Shown here piece by piece: positions 56,426 through 64,000 of a stretch of 64,000 nt of DNA. The notes under the pieces are model-generated. The model did no database searches and was not told the DNA's origin. It worked only from the letters and a program-made list of their open reading frames with translations. This DNA comes from a virus, in the IMG/VR virus record IMGVR_UViG_3300016471_000863. One strand, given 5' to 3'. Both the position numbers and the translations under genes were made by a program. How positions within the stretch are numbered: the first letter of the stretch is position 1; each line of letters starts with the position of its first letter.

Positions 56426-58279
56426 TCAAAGGGCAGCGCCTATTATATCATAATCTTTAAATCTTAATTCAAAAATTCCACCAGGAGGAGGAAAGACTAT
56501 TCCTTTTGTAGTGTTAGCAGCGAAATCGTATTCGATTTCAGAATAAACTCTTGGATTTGAATTTCCAACTTGACCTGATATGTTTTGTAATTCAACTGAA
56601 ACAATTGAAATTACTCCTCTTGTATTGAAGATGATATTTTGTATTTCTGCTAAAACTATAGGTTGATCAATGTAATAGTTTTTAACATCAAAAAATTTTG
56701 TTAATTTAGCCATTGCGTTTTTCATTACCAAATTTTTATTCATTGCAGGATCAATAACAACTTGAAATTTTACTTGATAATTAATAACTTTTGCATCCAA
56801 AATATCTATAGCGTCGGAAATCATTCTATATTGATTCAGATAAAAAGATAAATTCTTTTTAAGAGAATCTGGAGAAATTACTAATTGATTTTTATTATTT
56901 CTTGATATGATAAAAAGTTGAGTGGCTAATGGATTATTTGGATTTGCTTGAATCGAAGCTCTAAAGACTCTGCCAAAATTACTAGGCATTGTATATATTC
57001 TTGCTAGCAAATCTTCTTTAGTTACAATTCTAGATTGAGAATTTCTAAATGAACTAATTTTTGCCTTTAGTTCATCTGCTGAAGGGGAGTCTTCACCCCC
57101 GGTGGCAGGGCTTAAATTTTTTACATCTGTTGAACTACGCACATATTGTGCCACAGCGGGTGAAGGGTTTCTTGGAAAATTTATTATCAATTTAGTAATA
57201 TTTCTTACAACATTTGCTTCAATGTTGTGCGCTAATCCTCCGCCATGTCTATATTCTATTGTTAATGTTGTGTTAGGAGTTAAAATTCCCAATGTAGAAG
57301 TTTGTAGTAAATTACCAGGATTCAAGGTATATCTTGAAAATACTTTTTTTCCATATAAAGGTAATGCAAATTCACTTGGGTCCGGTATGATATCGTCATC
57401 TATAGACTCAGCAGATCCACCGCCGAATGTTAAAATCGTAAATCTTGTCGATAATTGACCGTCTTTGATAAATCTATACGGAGCTGGTATGGGAATTAAA
57501 TTTTCTTTTACCAATTGATTGTCTATCGAATTATTTATTATTGCTTTATAAACAGTATCTTGAGTTAAACTTTCGACTTCATAGTACTCGTTACCTCTGG
57601 AATCACGAACTGAAATAATTTCTGTTATATTTTCTTGTCCAAGAGTAATTTTTTTGAATTTTTCAAAACCATTTACTTGGATATTTTCTACTTTTCTTGT
57701 ACCAGAAATTGCAATTCCTTTTAAGCTTAAAATATATGAAGTTGGTCTGTTGTTGGAATTAGTATTACTTATTGTTACAGAAGCAATTAAATTTCCTGTG
57801 GAATCTATGGCTCCGAAATCTAAATCTTCTGTTAATTCAAATTCAATACCACCATTTGCCTTACAGCTAGTCCCAGCGTTTATTTTTGGAAGTGCATCTC
57901 GTAATGGTTGGCTAATGTCAGAAGTTAAATCAGCAGGAACTTCTATATAGAATGTTAATTCTACAACTGCTGGTGCTGCCCCTGTAATTTTAACGCCAGC
58001 ATTTTTCAAATGCCTTTCAATATTATTTAATTCAATTGAAGAATCTGGAAAATTTTCTTGAAATTGATGATCTAAATAAAAACTCTGAACATCGCCAACG
58101 TAAGCGCACATTTCAAGTAACAAGCCACCTAATCCAGCTTCACTGAAATCTTTTATTGAATCCGGGAAATATGTTCTGGCATAAGATAACAAATCTGCTC
58201 TCAAAGAATCAAAGTCTTTATTCAAATATCTTCGTTCTTTAATGGTTTTTAACAATTCTTTTTTACTTGTAGATGTCAT
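56426..58279 (-). CDS. Baseplate wedge subunit (T4 gp6 / baseplate J-like)
   Basis: YLNKDFDSLR, YFPD...DFSE, AYVGD..SFYLD, ATGGED and QSRIVTKED. Confidence 0.88.
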   Translation of the reverse strand: MTSTSKKELLKTIKERRYLNKDFDSLRADLLSYARTYFPDSIKDFSEAGLGGLLLEMCAYVGDVQSFYLDHQFQENFPDSSIELNNIERHLKNAGVKITGAAPAVVELTFYIEVPADLTSDISQPLRDALPKINAGTSCKANGGIEFELTEDLDFGAIDSTGNLIASVTISNTNSNNRPTSYILSLKGIAISGTRKVENIQVNGFEKFKKITLGQENITEIISVRDSRGNEYYEVESLTQDTVYKAIINNSIDNQLVKENLIPIPAPYRFIKDGQLSTRFTILTFGGGSAESIDDDIIPDPSEFALPLYGKKVFSRYTLNPGNLLQTSTLGILTPNTTLTIEYRHGGGLAHNIEANVVRNITKLIINFPRNPSPAVAQYVRSSTDVKNLSPATGGEDSPSADELKAKISSFRNSQSRIVTKEDLLARIYTMPSNFGRVFRASIQANPNNPLATQLFIISRNNKNQLVISPDSLKKNLSFYLNQYRMISDAIDILDAKVINYQVKFQVVIDPAMNKNLVMKNAMAKLTKFFDVKNYYIDQPIVLAEIQNIIFNTRGVISIVSVELQNISGQVGNSNPRVYSEIEYDFAANTTKGIVFPPPGGIFELRFKDYDIIGAAL

Positions 58280-58283
58280 AATT

Positions 58284-58754
58284 TTATATCACAAATAATT
58301 CCACTTCGCAAAATCTTTCACCTAAATTTGCAGTCGGAACCGAATAAGCAACTGTAATTTTTACTTTTCCGGTAAATTCATTATTTTCATAATCAATTTT
58401 TGATTCAAATCCTAATAAATTAACAAATGGTAAATATATTGAAACGGCAGTATTTATTCGGATCATCGCTTCTGTATCAAAATATTCTTTATTAGAGAAT
58501 TCTGTTAATAAAGGTTTTAAATTTGTTCCAAAGGTATACAGACCTAATCTTTCGCCGTAATTTGTTAAAATTAAATTTCTAAGATTATCATCCATTTGAG
58601 ACGCTAAATCAAAATGCATTTGAAATAAACTTTTACCTTCAACATCTATTTCTAAAGGTGTTTTTATTCCAATGGGAACTGGAGCAACATTTGCTCTCGC
58701 ATTAGAATTAGAAAATGCTTTTGTTCCAACATCTTTAAAAGAAATCAATGCCAT
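58284..58754 (-). CDS. Baseplate wedge subunit (T4 gp25 / GPW-like)
   Basis: NLRNLILTNYGERL...FGTNL...YLPFV. Confidence 0.88.
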   Translation of the reverse strand: MALISFKDVGTKAFSNSNARANVAPVPIGIKTPLEIDVEGKSLFQMHFDLASQMDDNLRNLILTNYGERLGLYTFGTNLKPLLTEFSNKEYFDTEAMIRINTAVSIYLPFVNLLGFESKIDYENNEFTGKVKITVAYSVPTANLGERFCEVELFVI

Positions 58755-58800
58755 ACCTTTTTAATTACTTTTCGATTTCATTTTTAATATTTTTTTCTAA

Positions 58801-59151
58801 TCATTCTATAGGAATTATTGGTTTATAGTTGGTTATTTGAGAGGGAGAAATAATTGCATTATTAAATACACTATTTGTAACTGAACTAGCTACCGTATAA
58901 GCATTTTGCTGATTTAATGAAGAAAAAAGATTCTGAATCTCTGAATTCACATACACAATCATTACATTAGCTAACTTCTCTGCTTGCAAATCTAATTGTT
59001 TTTTAGGATAAATTGTTTCTATTTTTGGATTATCCCCACCTTCAATTACTATGTCAATTTTATCTTGAATTTTTGATAAATCTTCAACCAATGCATTCTT
59101 TATTAAATCGATTAATTCTTGTTTATTTTTTATTGACATATTATTCTCCAA
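58801..59151 (-). CDS. Hypothetical protein (baseplate cluster)
   Basis: 116-aa ORF coupled to the upstream gene. Confidence 0.55.
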   Translation of the reverse strand: MENNMSIKNKQELIDLIKNALVEDLSKIQDKIDIVIEGGDNPKIETIYPKKQLDLQAEKLANVMIVYVNSEIQNLFSSLNQQNAYTVASSVTNSVFNNAIISPSQITNYKPIIPIE

Positions 59152-60793
59152 ATATTTTCGTAGATTTTACAGTTTCAGGATCAATGTTGTCAATATTGCC
59201 TTTTATTTCCTCTATTTTTAGAGCTGTAGTTTGAGAAACGATTGGTCCAATTGAATTAAGTGAAGCAATTGGAGAATACGGTATCGCAGTAGCGGCAGTG
59301 AAAGCATTGTTATATTGATCAGTAATATCTTTTACTTGGTCTGCTAAATTTTTTATTTGTTCTTTCAAAGCACTTATAATTGATTCAAATTCGGTATATT
59401 TTATATACGGCTGTTCGCCATCGGCATCTGTTCTACCTAAATAAATTCTATTTCCATCAATTTGGATTTTGCCCTCTTCGTTTATATAAACGTATGCCAA
59501 ATCTTCATCCGTGCTGGGGGCGTCTCCAATTCCGCCGCCTGCTGGTGTTCCATGTTTGATTAATAAAATTGTTCCATTTATTTTTCTATTTGGATCTTTC
59601 CTTGCAATAATTCTTATATGATCTGCCTTACTTACAACATAAGATCTATTATATTCATCATTTGGTCCTGCGGGCACCGGTTCAACAGGGATCAATGCAC
59701 CAGTAGGATATTCTTGTACTTCGGAAGCATCTCCTGTAATCAGATAATTTAGATCAACATTGCTTTGTTGAGTTATATAAACTCTTGCAGCATCATTGAT
59801 TGGATCCGGATTTCCTTCATTTACATTTTCAGTATTATTTTCACTTCTAATGAACGGCGCTTTATCATTTTCCAAATTATTTCTTGTATTTTCAATTGTT
59901 CTACAGCTAGTGGGAGAAGTGTCGCTATCTCCTGGATTTACTCCTGGTTCTGGTAGGAATCTGCCTCTTCCGACTACAATATCTACTGTCCCTGCTTTAC
60001 CTTTTATATCAATTGGATTACTACCTGATGCTCCTGTAATTGATCCATTTCTATCTTCCCCTAGCATCAATAGAGCATTATTAGAGCCCTGTAGAACCAA
60101 TTCCTGTGGTCTTTTTATCCATCTCGGTACAGCCTCCGGAGTAATTAATGGATAAGCTAAAGAATTTTCTATAATGCTTGTATAAGGGTCTTCTCCATCT
60201 TCACCTATCGTTAAGGTAACAGAGTTACTTGTACCTCCACCATTTGGGAAATCAGGGATCGGATTTTCTGCTGGTCTGGACTCTTTATCGGAAGTAGAAT
60301 AATTTCCAGGGTTTAAATTTGCTTGAAACATTCTGTCGGCATGAGTATAGTTCAAATCTTCAATGCTTCTGTATGCGTGCCCTCTAGTTAACCAAAATCC
60401 AATTTTAGTTCCAAGATTTTGAAAATTTTCAAAAATTACATAAACTGTTTCGCCTGGATTTACAGGCATTAAAAAATGTGAAGAAAAAAATGGAAACAAA
60501 ATAATATTATTAGATCCGTCGATACCTTGATTTGAACTTACAAGTCTAGCTACAATAGAATTAATTGGCATAATATCAACAATCTCTGGATTGTTAATTG
60601 TAGTTGATAATTGATCTAAATAATCCTGTGTCAAAGAAAAAGGATCAGAAATAACCTCAATAACAACTGCTCGCTGTAATACGGGAGGCGATCCGGAGGT
60701 TCTAACATTTCTTAACTCTTCAGAAATGTTATTAACATTACTGGCTCCAACGACTCTTCTTGCTACTGTTATTCCGCGACCTTTAACTGGCAT
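59141..60793 (-). CDS. Putative baseplate hub or spike protein (gp5-like position)
   Basis: FPFF...PVNPGETV, LVLQGSNNA and ADHIRIIAR motifs. Lies upstream of the gp25- and gp6-like genes. Confidence 0.55.
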   Translation of the reverse strand: MPVKGRGITVARRVVGASNVNNISEELRNVRTSGSPPVLQRAVVIEVISDPFSLTQDYLDQLSTTINNPEIVDIMPINSIVARLVSSNQGIDGSNNIILFPFFSSHFLMPVNPGETVYVIFENFQNLGTKIGFWLTRGHAYRSIEDLNYTHADRMFQANLNPGNYSTSDKESRPAENPIPDFPNGGGTSNSVTLTIGEDGEDPYTSIIENSLAYPLITPEAVPRWIKRPQELVLQGSNNALLMLGEDRNGSITGASGSNPIDIKGKAGTVDIVVGRGRFLPEPGVNPGDSDTSPTSCRTIENTRNNLENDKAPFIRSENNTENVNEGNPDPINDAARVYITQQSNVDLNYLITGDASEVQEYPTGALIPVEPVPAGPNDEYNRSYVVSKADHIRIIARKDPNRKINGTILLIKHGTPAGGGIGDAPSTDEDLAYVYINEEGKIQIDGNRIYLGRTDADGEQPYIKYTEFESIISALKEQIKNLADQVKDITDQYNNAFTAATAIPYSPIASLNSIGPIVSQTTALKIEEIKGNIDNIDPETVKSTKIFGE

Positions 60794-60796
60794 TTT

Positions 60797-61249
60797 TCAA
60801 ACCTTATTTTTTAACATGTTAATTCTATCATACATATCTTCTTCAGTTATATTTTCTTCAATTTCTTCTTCGCTAGCCTTCCCAACTAATTCAGCTAGCT
60901 TTATTAACTGTTCATTAGTTTTGTTCATTCGTTCCATGTACTTTGCTAAAGTAGCACCATGTATAGCATGTTCGGTAAGTTTTCCATGAACACTTTTATA
61001 TAAATCTATCCACATTAGATACGAATTTCTCCTATCCTGAACAGCATTTTCATATATTTGTCGCCATAAAGCTTTTGTTTTTTCTTCTACTGTAGAAAGA
61101 GAATCTAGCAAAAAAGCAAAATCTTGCATTTGTTTTTCAATTTTTGAATCAAGATCCTCTTGTTCTTTTTCAATTGTATCTAAGGTATCATCTGGTATCT
61201 GAACATTTGATGTGGGTTCTAAAATTTGATGCCGAGGTCTTTTATTCAT
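60797..61249 (-). CDS. Hypothetical helical protein
   Basis: 150-aa acidic, helical ORF. Confidence 0.7.
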   Translation of the reverse strand: MNKRPRHQILEPTSNVQIPDDTLDTIEKEQEDLDSKIEKQMQDFAFLLDSLSTVEEKTKALWRQIYENAVQDRRNSYLMWIDLYKSVHGKLTEHAIHGATLAKYMERMNKTNEQLIKLAELVGKASEEEIEENITEEDMYDRINMLKNKV

Positions 61250-61316
61250 ATTGTTTACTTCTTGTAATGTAATGAATATAATAATAACATAGTTAACAAT
61301 TTTATAATTTTAATAT

Positions 61317-61934
61317 ATGAAAAAAAGATTATCAAATCTTGATAATAATATCAAAATATACTTGATTAAAGAAGCAATCTTTACAAGAATTGTTATATTT
61401 GATACAAAAAAATTTTTTAAAGCCTTAGAGGAACAAGAACTAACTAAACTAAATCCGTTTTATAAAACAGATAAAGAAAATCCAATTTTAGGTAGTATTG
61501 TAATAGAAAAAAATCCAAAAGAAGGGTGCTGGAGTACAGTTTCAATCGCAGCAGAACATGGATATGGACCATTGCTATATGAATTGGCTATGACCGATAT
61601 ATTTCCCTGTTCTCTTACTTCTGACAACCCAGACAGGGTAAGTACAGCAGCAAAGATAATTTGGGATAAATTTTATCTTAGAAAGGATACTACTAAAACT
61701 CCTAAAGAATCTTATAGAGATATTATTAAAATTCTTGAAAGCTCTAAAGGCAAAGATACCGTTAAGTGTTCTTTGTATTACCAATATAAAATAAATAAAC
61801 CTTTGCAATATCAAAAGTATCTACCAGGAAAAGCATTCTTAAAAAAGATGTCATCAAATAGATTTGATTTTGACCAAATTTTATCAGATATGGCTTCCAA
61901 TTATTTTATTGAAAATTATATTTTGCTTGACTAA
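61317..61934 (+). CDS. Putative GNAT-fold protein
   Basis: AAEHGYGPLLYE (acyl-CoA-binding loop-like) followed by LTSD...STAAKIIW. Confidence 0.5.
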   Translation: MKKRLSNLDNNIKIYLIKEAIFTRIVIFDTKKFFKALEEQELTKLNPFYKTDKENPILGSIVIEKNPKEGCWSTVSIAAEHGYGPLLYELAMTDIFPCSLTSDNPDRVSTAAKIIWDKFYLRKDTTKTPKESYRDIIKILESSKGKDTVKCSLYYQYKINKPLQYQKYLPGKAFLKKMSSNRFDFDQILSDMASNYFIENYILLD

Positions 61935-61935
61935 A

Positions 61936-62505
61936 TCAAAAATCAAGAGAAATATTAAATATTTCATGCTTGCCGCCTGCATCACCAGTAAAAGATGAAA
62001 AACATAAAAATACAGGTTCTTTTACCATTTCATAAAAGGCAATATCGTTAAAAGCATAAGCAACTACGGCTAAATCATTTACTTTAACAACAACTGTCTC
62101 CAGTTCATTATCGTAGATTACCTCTACTTCTTTATCTTGCCCATCATTAAATCGTTCTCTGCAAGCAGCTTGTGCTACTCTGGTGCCTTCAAAGTAGATA
62201 ACAACTTCATTACCGCTTTGATTTTCTAAATTTTTATATGTATCTAATGTTACTGCAAATAATTCCTGTCCAGACTCAGAACACAGTTTCATTCGAACAC
62301 CATCGCCGCCCTGACCGTCTACATCAGAAATACCTTCCGGTTCTGATATATTTACAGTAAAATTGCATCTCCATGATGAGCTTTCAAAATCAAATTTTTG
62401 TTCTATTCTAACCTCACCTTGAGAACGAAGACCAGAAGTGAGAACTATTTTTTCATTTTCTTTGCTGGCATCACCTTTTAAAGAAGCTTTTATTTCTTTT
62501 TGCAT
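61936..62505 (-). CDS. Legume (L-type) lectin-like domain protein
   Basis: IVLT...QG, GGDG, FAVTLDTY, DG...V.V.YD and FSSFTG motifs. Confidence 0.65.
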   Translation of the reverse strand: MQKEIKASLKGDASKENEKIVLTSGLRSQGEVRIEQKFDFESSSWRCNFTVNISEPEGISDVDGQGGDGVRMKLCSESGQELFAVTLDTYKNLENQSGNEVVIYFEGTRVAQAACRERFNDGQDKEVEVIYDNELETVVVKVNDLAVVAYAFNDIAFYEMVKEPVFLCFSSFTGDAGGKHEIFNISLDF

Positions 62506-62561
62506 AATAAATCCTATAAAGATTATTCAGATATTAAATATTTCTTTATACAAGATTTGTC

Positions 62562-63308
62562 TCAGTATTCGTACTCTTCCATTTTACGAACTTCTTTATA
62601 GTGTCTTTTTAAAGAAGATAAAACCATAGATAATTGCTTACTTGATAAATCGGTCATTTCTCTTACATAAATAAGAATTGCTCTTTTTGAAAGTAAATCA
62701 ATGCTATCTGCACTTGTTATCAATGATTGAATTGCAGTTATGCATTTTTTTTCGTTTTCTGTCTTTACTCTTTGGGCAACTGCATTTAAAATATGTTGAA
62801 ATAAATCTTTATTTTCTTTCGCTATTAGAATTTCATCATATGATGGTATGATGCTGAAATTTTCTATCATTTCCAAATCTTCTTTAGAAATGTCTTCTTT
62901 GTTGTCTATCGATATGTAACTTTGTACTTTCTTATTATTTTGTTTGCTTTTTATTGTAAGCCAATTTTTTGCAACAACATTGAAATATGAAAAAGCTTTT
63001 GATCCTTTATCTGGATTAAATTTATCCACAGCCGTATAAAGGAATTCTAAACATTCACTTTTTAAATCATTCTTAGATTCAAAGGCAACGTTAAAACCAT
63101 AAACATTAATTAAATTCTCTACTAGAGAATCAAAAGAAGGTAGTATTTCTTTAACATAAATTACTTTTTTTACCTCTAAATCTGGTTCGTTTTTATAATT
63201 TACTATAGATTGCTGCGTAGTTTCATCAAAATAAATCATTGATTTACTTTGCCCAGGCTTTTTTCTAGTAATTTTTTTTCTTTTTTTAATTTCTAAATCA
63301 GTTTTCAT
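62562..63308 (-). CDS. Phage RNA polymerase sigma factor (gp55-like, late)
   Basis: YF...I..Y, LVENLI and KFNPDKGSKAFSYF (sigma region 2-like). Confidence 0.75.
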   Translation of the reverse strand: MKTDLEIKKRKKITRKKPGQSKSMIYFDETTQQSIVNYKNEPDLEVKKVIYVKEILPSFDSLVENLINVYGFNVAFESKNDLKSECLEFLYTAVDKFNPDKGSKAFSYFNVVAKNWLTIKSKQNNKKVQSYISIDNKEDISKEDLEMIENFSIIPSYDEILIAKENKDLFQHILNAVAQRVKTENEKKCITAIQSLITSADSIDLLSKRAILIYVREMTDLSSKQLSMVLSSLKRHYKEVRKMEEYEY

Positions 63309-63696
63309 TATCTAATTTCAAAAGCCTTTCTTTATTTCGCAACAATTGTTCTTCTGTAATTTCTTCTTCGACAACTTCTTCAATTATATATTTTTGGTTA
63401 CTTCGTTCAACAAATTTTTGTGCTACTTTGTTTACTTCAAATTTAGCTAATTTCACTTCTTCTAGGCAAGACTGTACTGTATTTTTTACTTCAGGACTGT
63501 CAAAAAACAATCTCATATTCAGTAATCTATCCATAGTCTTCTCTGCATTTTCTATTGCTTCGATTGCATCTGACAAATCATCTTCAAGAATCATTACTGT
63601 TCTAGCTAAATGATATGATTTATATAGTACATACCCTAGCGATGAACTTAATAACAAACAGATAATAAGTAATATTACAGCAATAAAAGTCATCAT
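63298..63696 (-). CDS. Membrane-anchored coiled-coil protein
   Basis: N-terminal hydrophobic helix, then a helical region with FFDSPEV. Confidence 0.65.
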   Translation of the reverse strand: MMTFIAVILLIICLLLSSSLGYVLYKSYHLARTVMILEDDLSDAIEAIENAEKTMDRLLNMRLFFDSPEVKNTVQSCLEEVKLAKFEVNKVAQKFVERSNQKYIIEEVVEEEITEEQLLRNKERLLKLDNEN

Positions 63697-63697
63697 A

Positions 63698-64000
63698 TCA
63701 AATAACAGATTCTAATACTTTAGTATATTTTTCATTAATCGAAGCAGGAGAATGAGAAGTTTTTAGTTTTTCCGCCAGTTCGGTAGCCCATTGTTCTGGA
63801 ATCTTTGGGCTTTCATAAAATTTCAAAACTTTTCTCTTGAAATCTTCTTCTGAAGGATTTGCCCATTTAAATCCTGGTAAGTAAATTTGATTATCTACTC
63901 TGGATTCATGGACTGGTGCCAAGTTATAATCTATTTTTATAAATTTACCTTGTGAAAGAAACTCTGTGTGTGCAGACCAATTTGTTGCGATAACTGGTTT
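63698..64000 (-). CDS. Glycosyltransferase (GT-B, GT4-like), C-terminal fragment
   Basis: The frame is open to the window end and reads KPVIATNWSAHTEFL...WANPSEED, the PVIAT motif of GT-B enzymes. Confidence 0.75.
   Translation of the reverse strand, partial: KPVIATNWSAHTEFLSQGKFIKIDYNLAPVHESRVDNQIYLPGFKWANPSEEDFKRKVLKFYESPKIPEQWATELAEKLKTSHSPASINEKYTKVLESVI

Noticed and set aside
1615-63613. Many short ORFs of 60-130 aa in the track that overlap long genes (for example 4719, 6455, 7674, 21129, 21675, 47067, 57102, 59796)
   Set aside because: They are antisense or out-of-frame shadows of well-supported genes, with no motifs or RBS.
1-64000. Alternative genetic code (stop-codon reassignment), as in some large phages
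   Set aside because: Conserved genes are full length under the standard code, coding density is high, and TAA, TGA and TAG all end genes.
1-64000. CRISPR array, tRNA or rRNA genes
   Set aside because: Intergenic gaps are short and AT-rich. I saw no spaced direct repeats or cloverleaf motifs. A tRNAscan-SE or Infernal run would be needed to exclude them fully.

Overview
An AT-rich, gene-dense segment of a large (jumbo-type) tailed phage genome, probably a contractile-tailed myovirus. Almost all genes are on the minus strand. From left to right: (1) the 3' end of a family A DNA polymerase; (2) an accessory and nucleotide-metabolism block with HNH nuclease, UvsE, Nmad1-like protein, ThyX, proteases, a 2H phosphoesterase and an amidase endolysin; (3) a two-gene unit of a small membrane protein plus an intein-containing actin-fold ATPase, closed by its own terminator; (4) a replication and recombination block with NrdA (two inteins), NrdB, DnaB-like helicase (one intein), 5'-3' exonuclease, a fused SbcD-SbcC (Mre11-Rad50), primase, adenine methyltransferase and RuvC-like resolvase; (5) about 31 kb of virion structural and baseplate genes, flanked or interrupted by two inverted free-standing homing endonucleases; (6) a gp55-like sigma factor and the 3' end of a glycosyltransferase. 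No rRNA, tRNA or CRISPR array was seen, and the standard genetic code fits. The best candidate for an undescribed system is the membrane-anchor plus actin-like (MreB/MamK/Mad28-type) module, whose ATPase site is split by an intein. Other leads are a [ST]GS motif concentrated in a subset of virion proteins, shared N-terminal leaders on late accessory enzymes, and a tail-tube paralog stranded among replication genes. All family assignments come from motif recognition by eye; no database searches were run.
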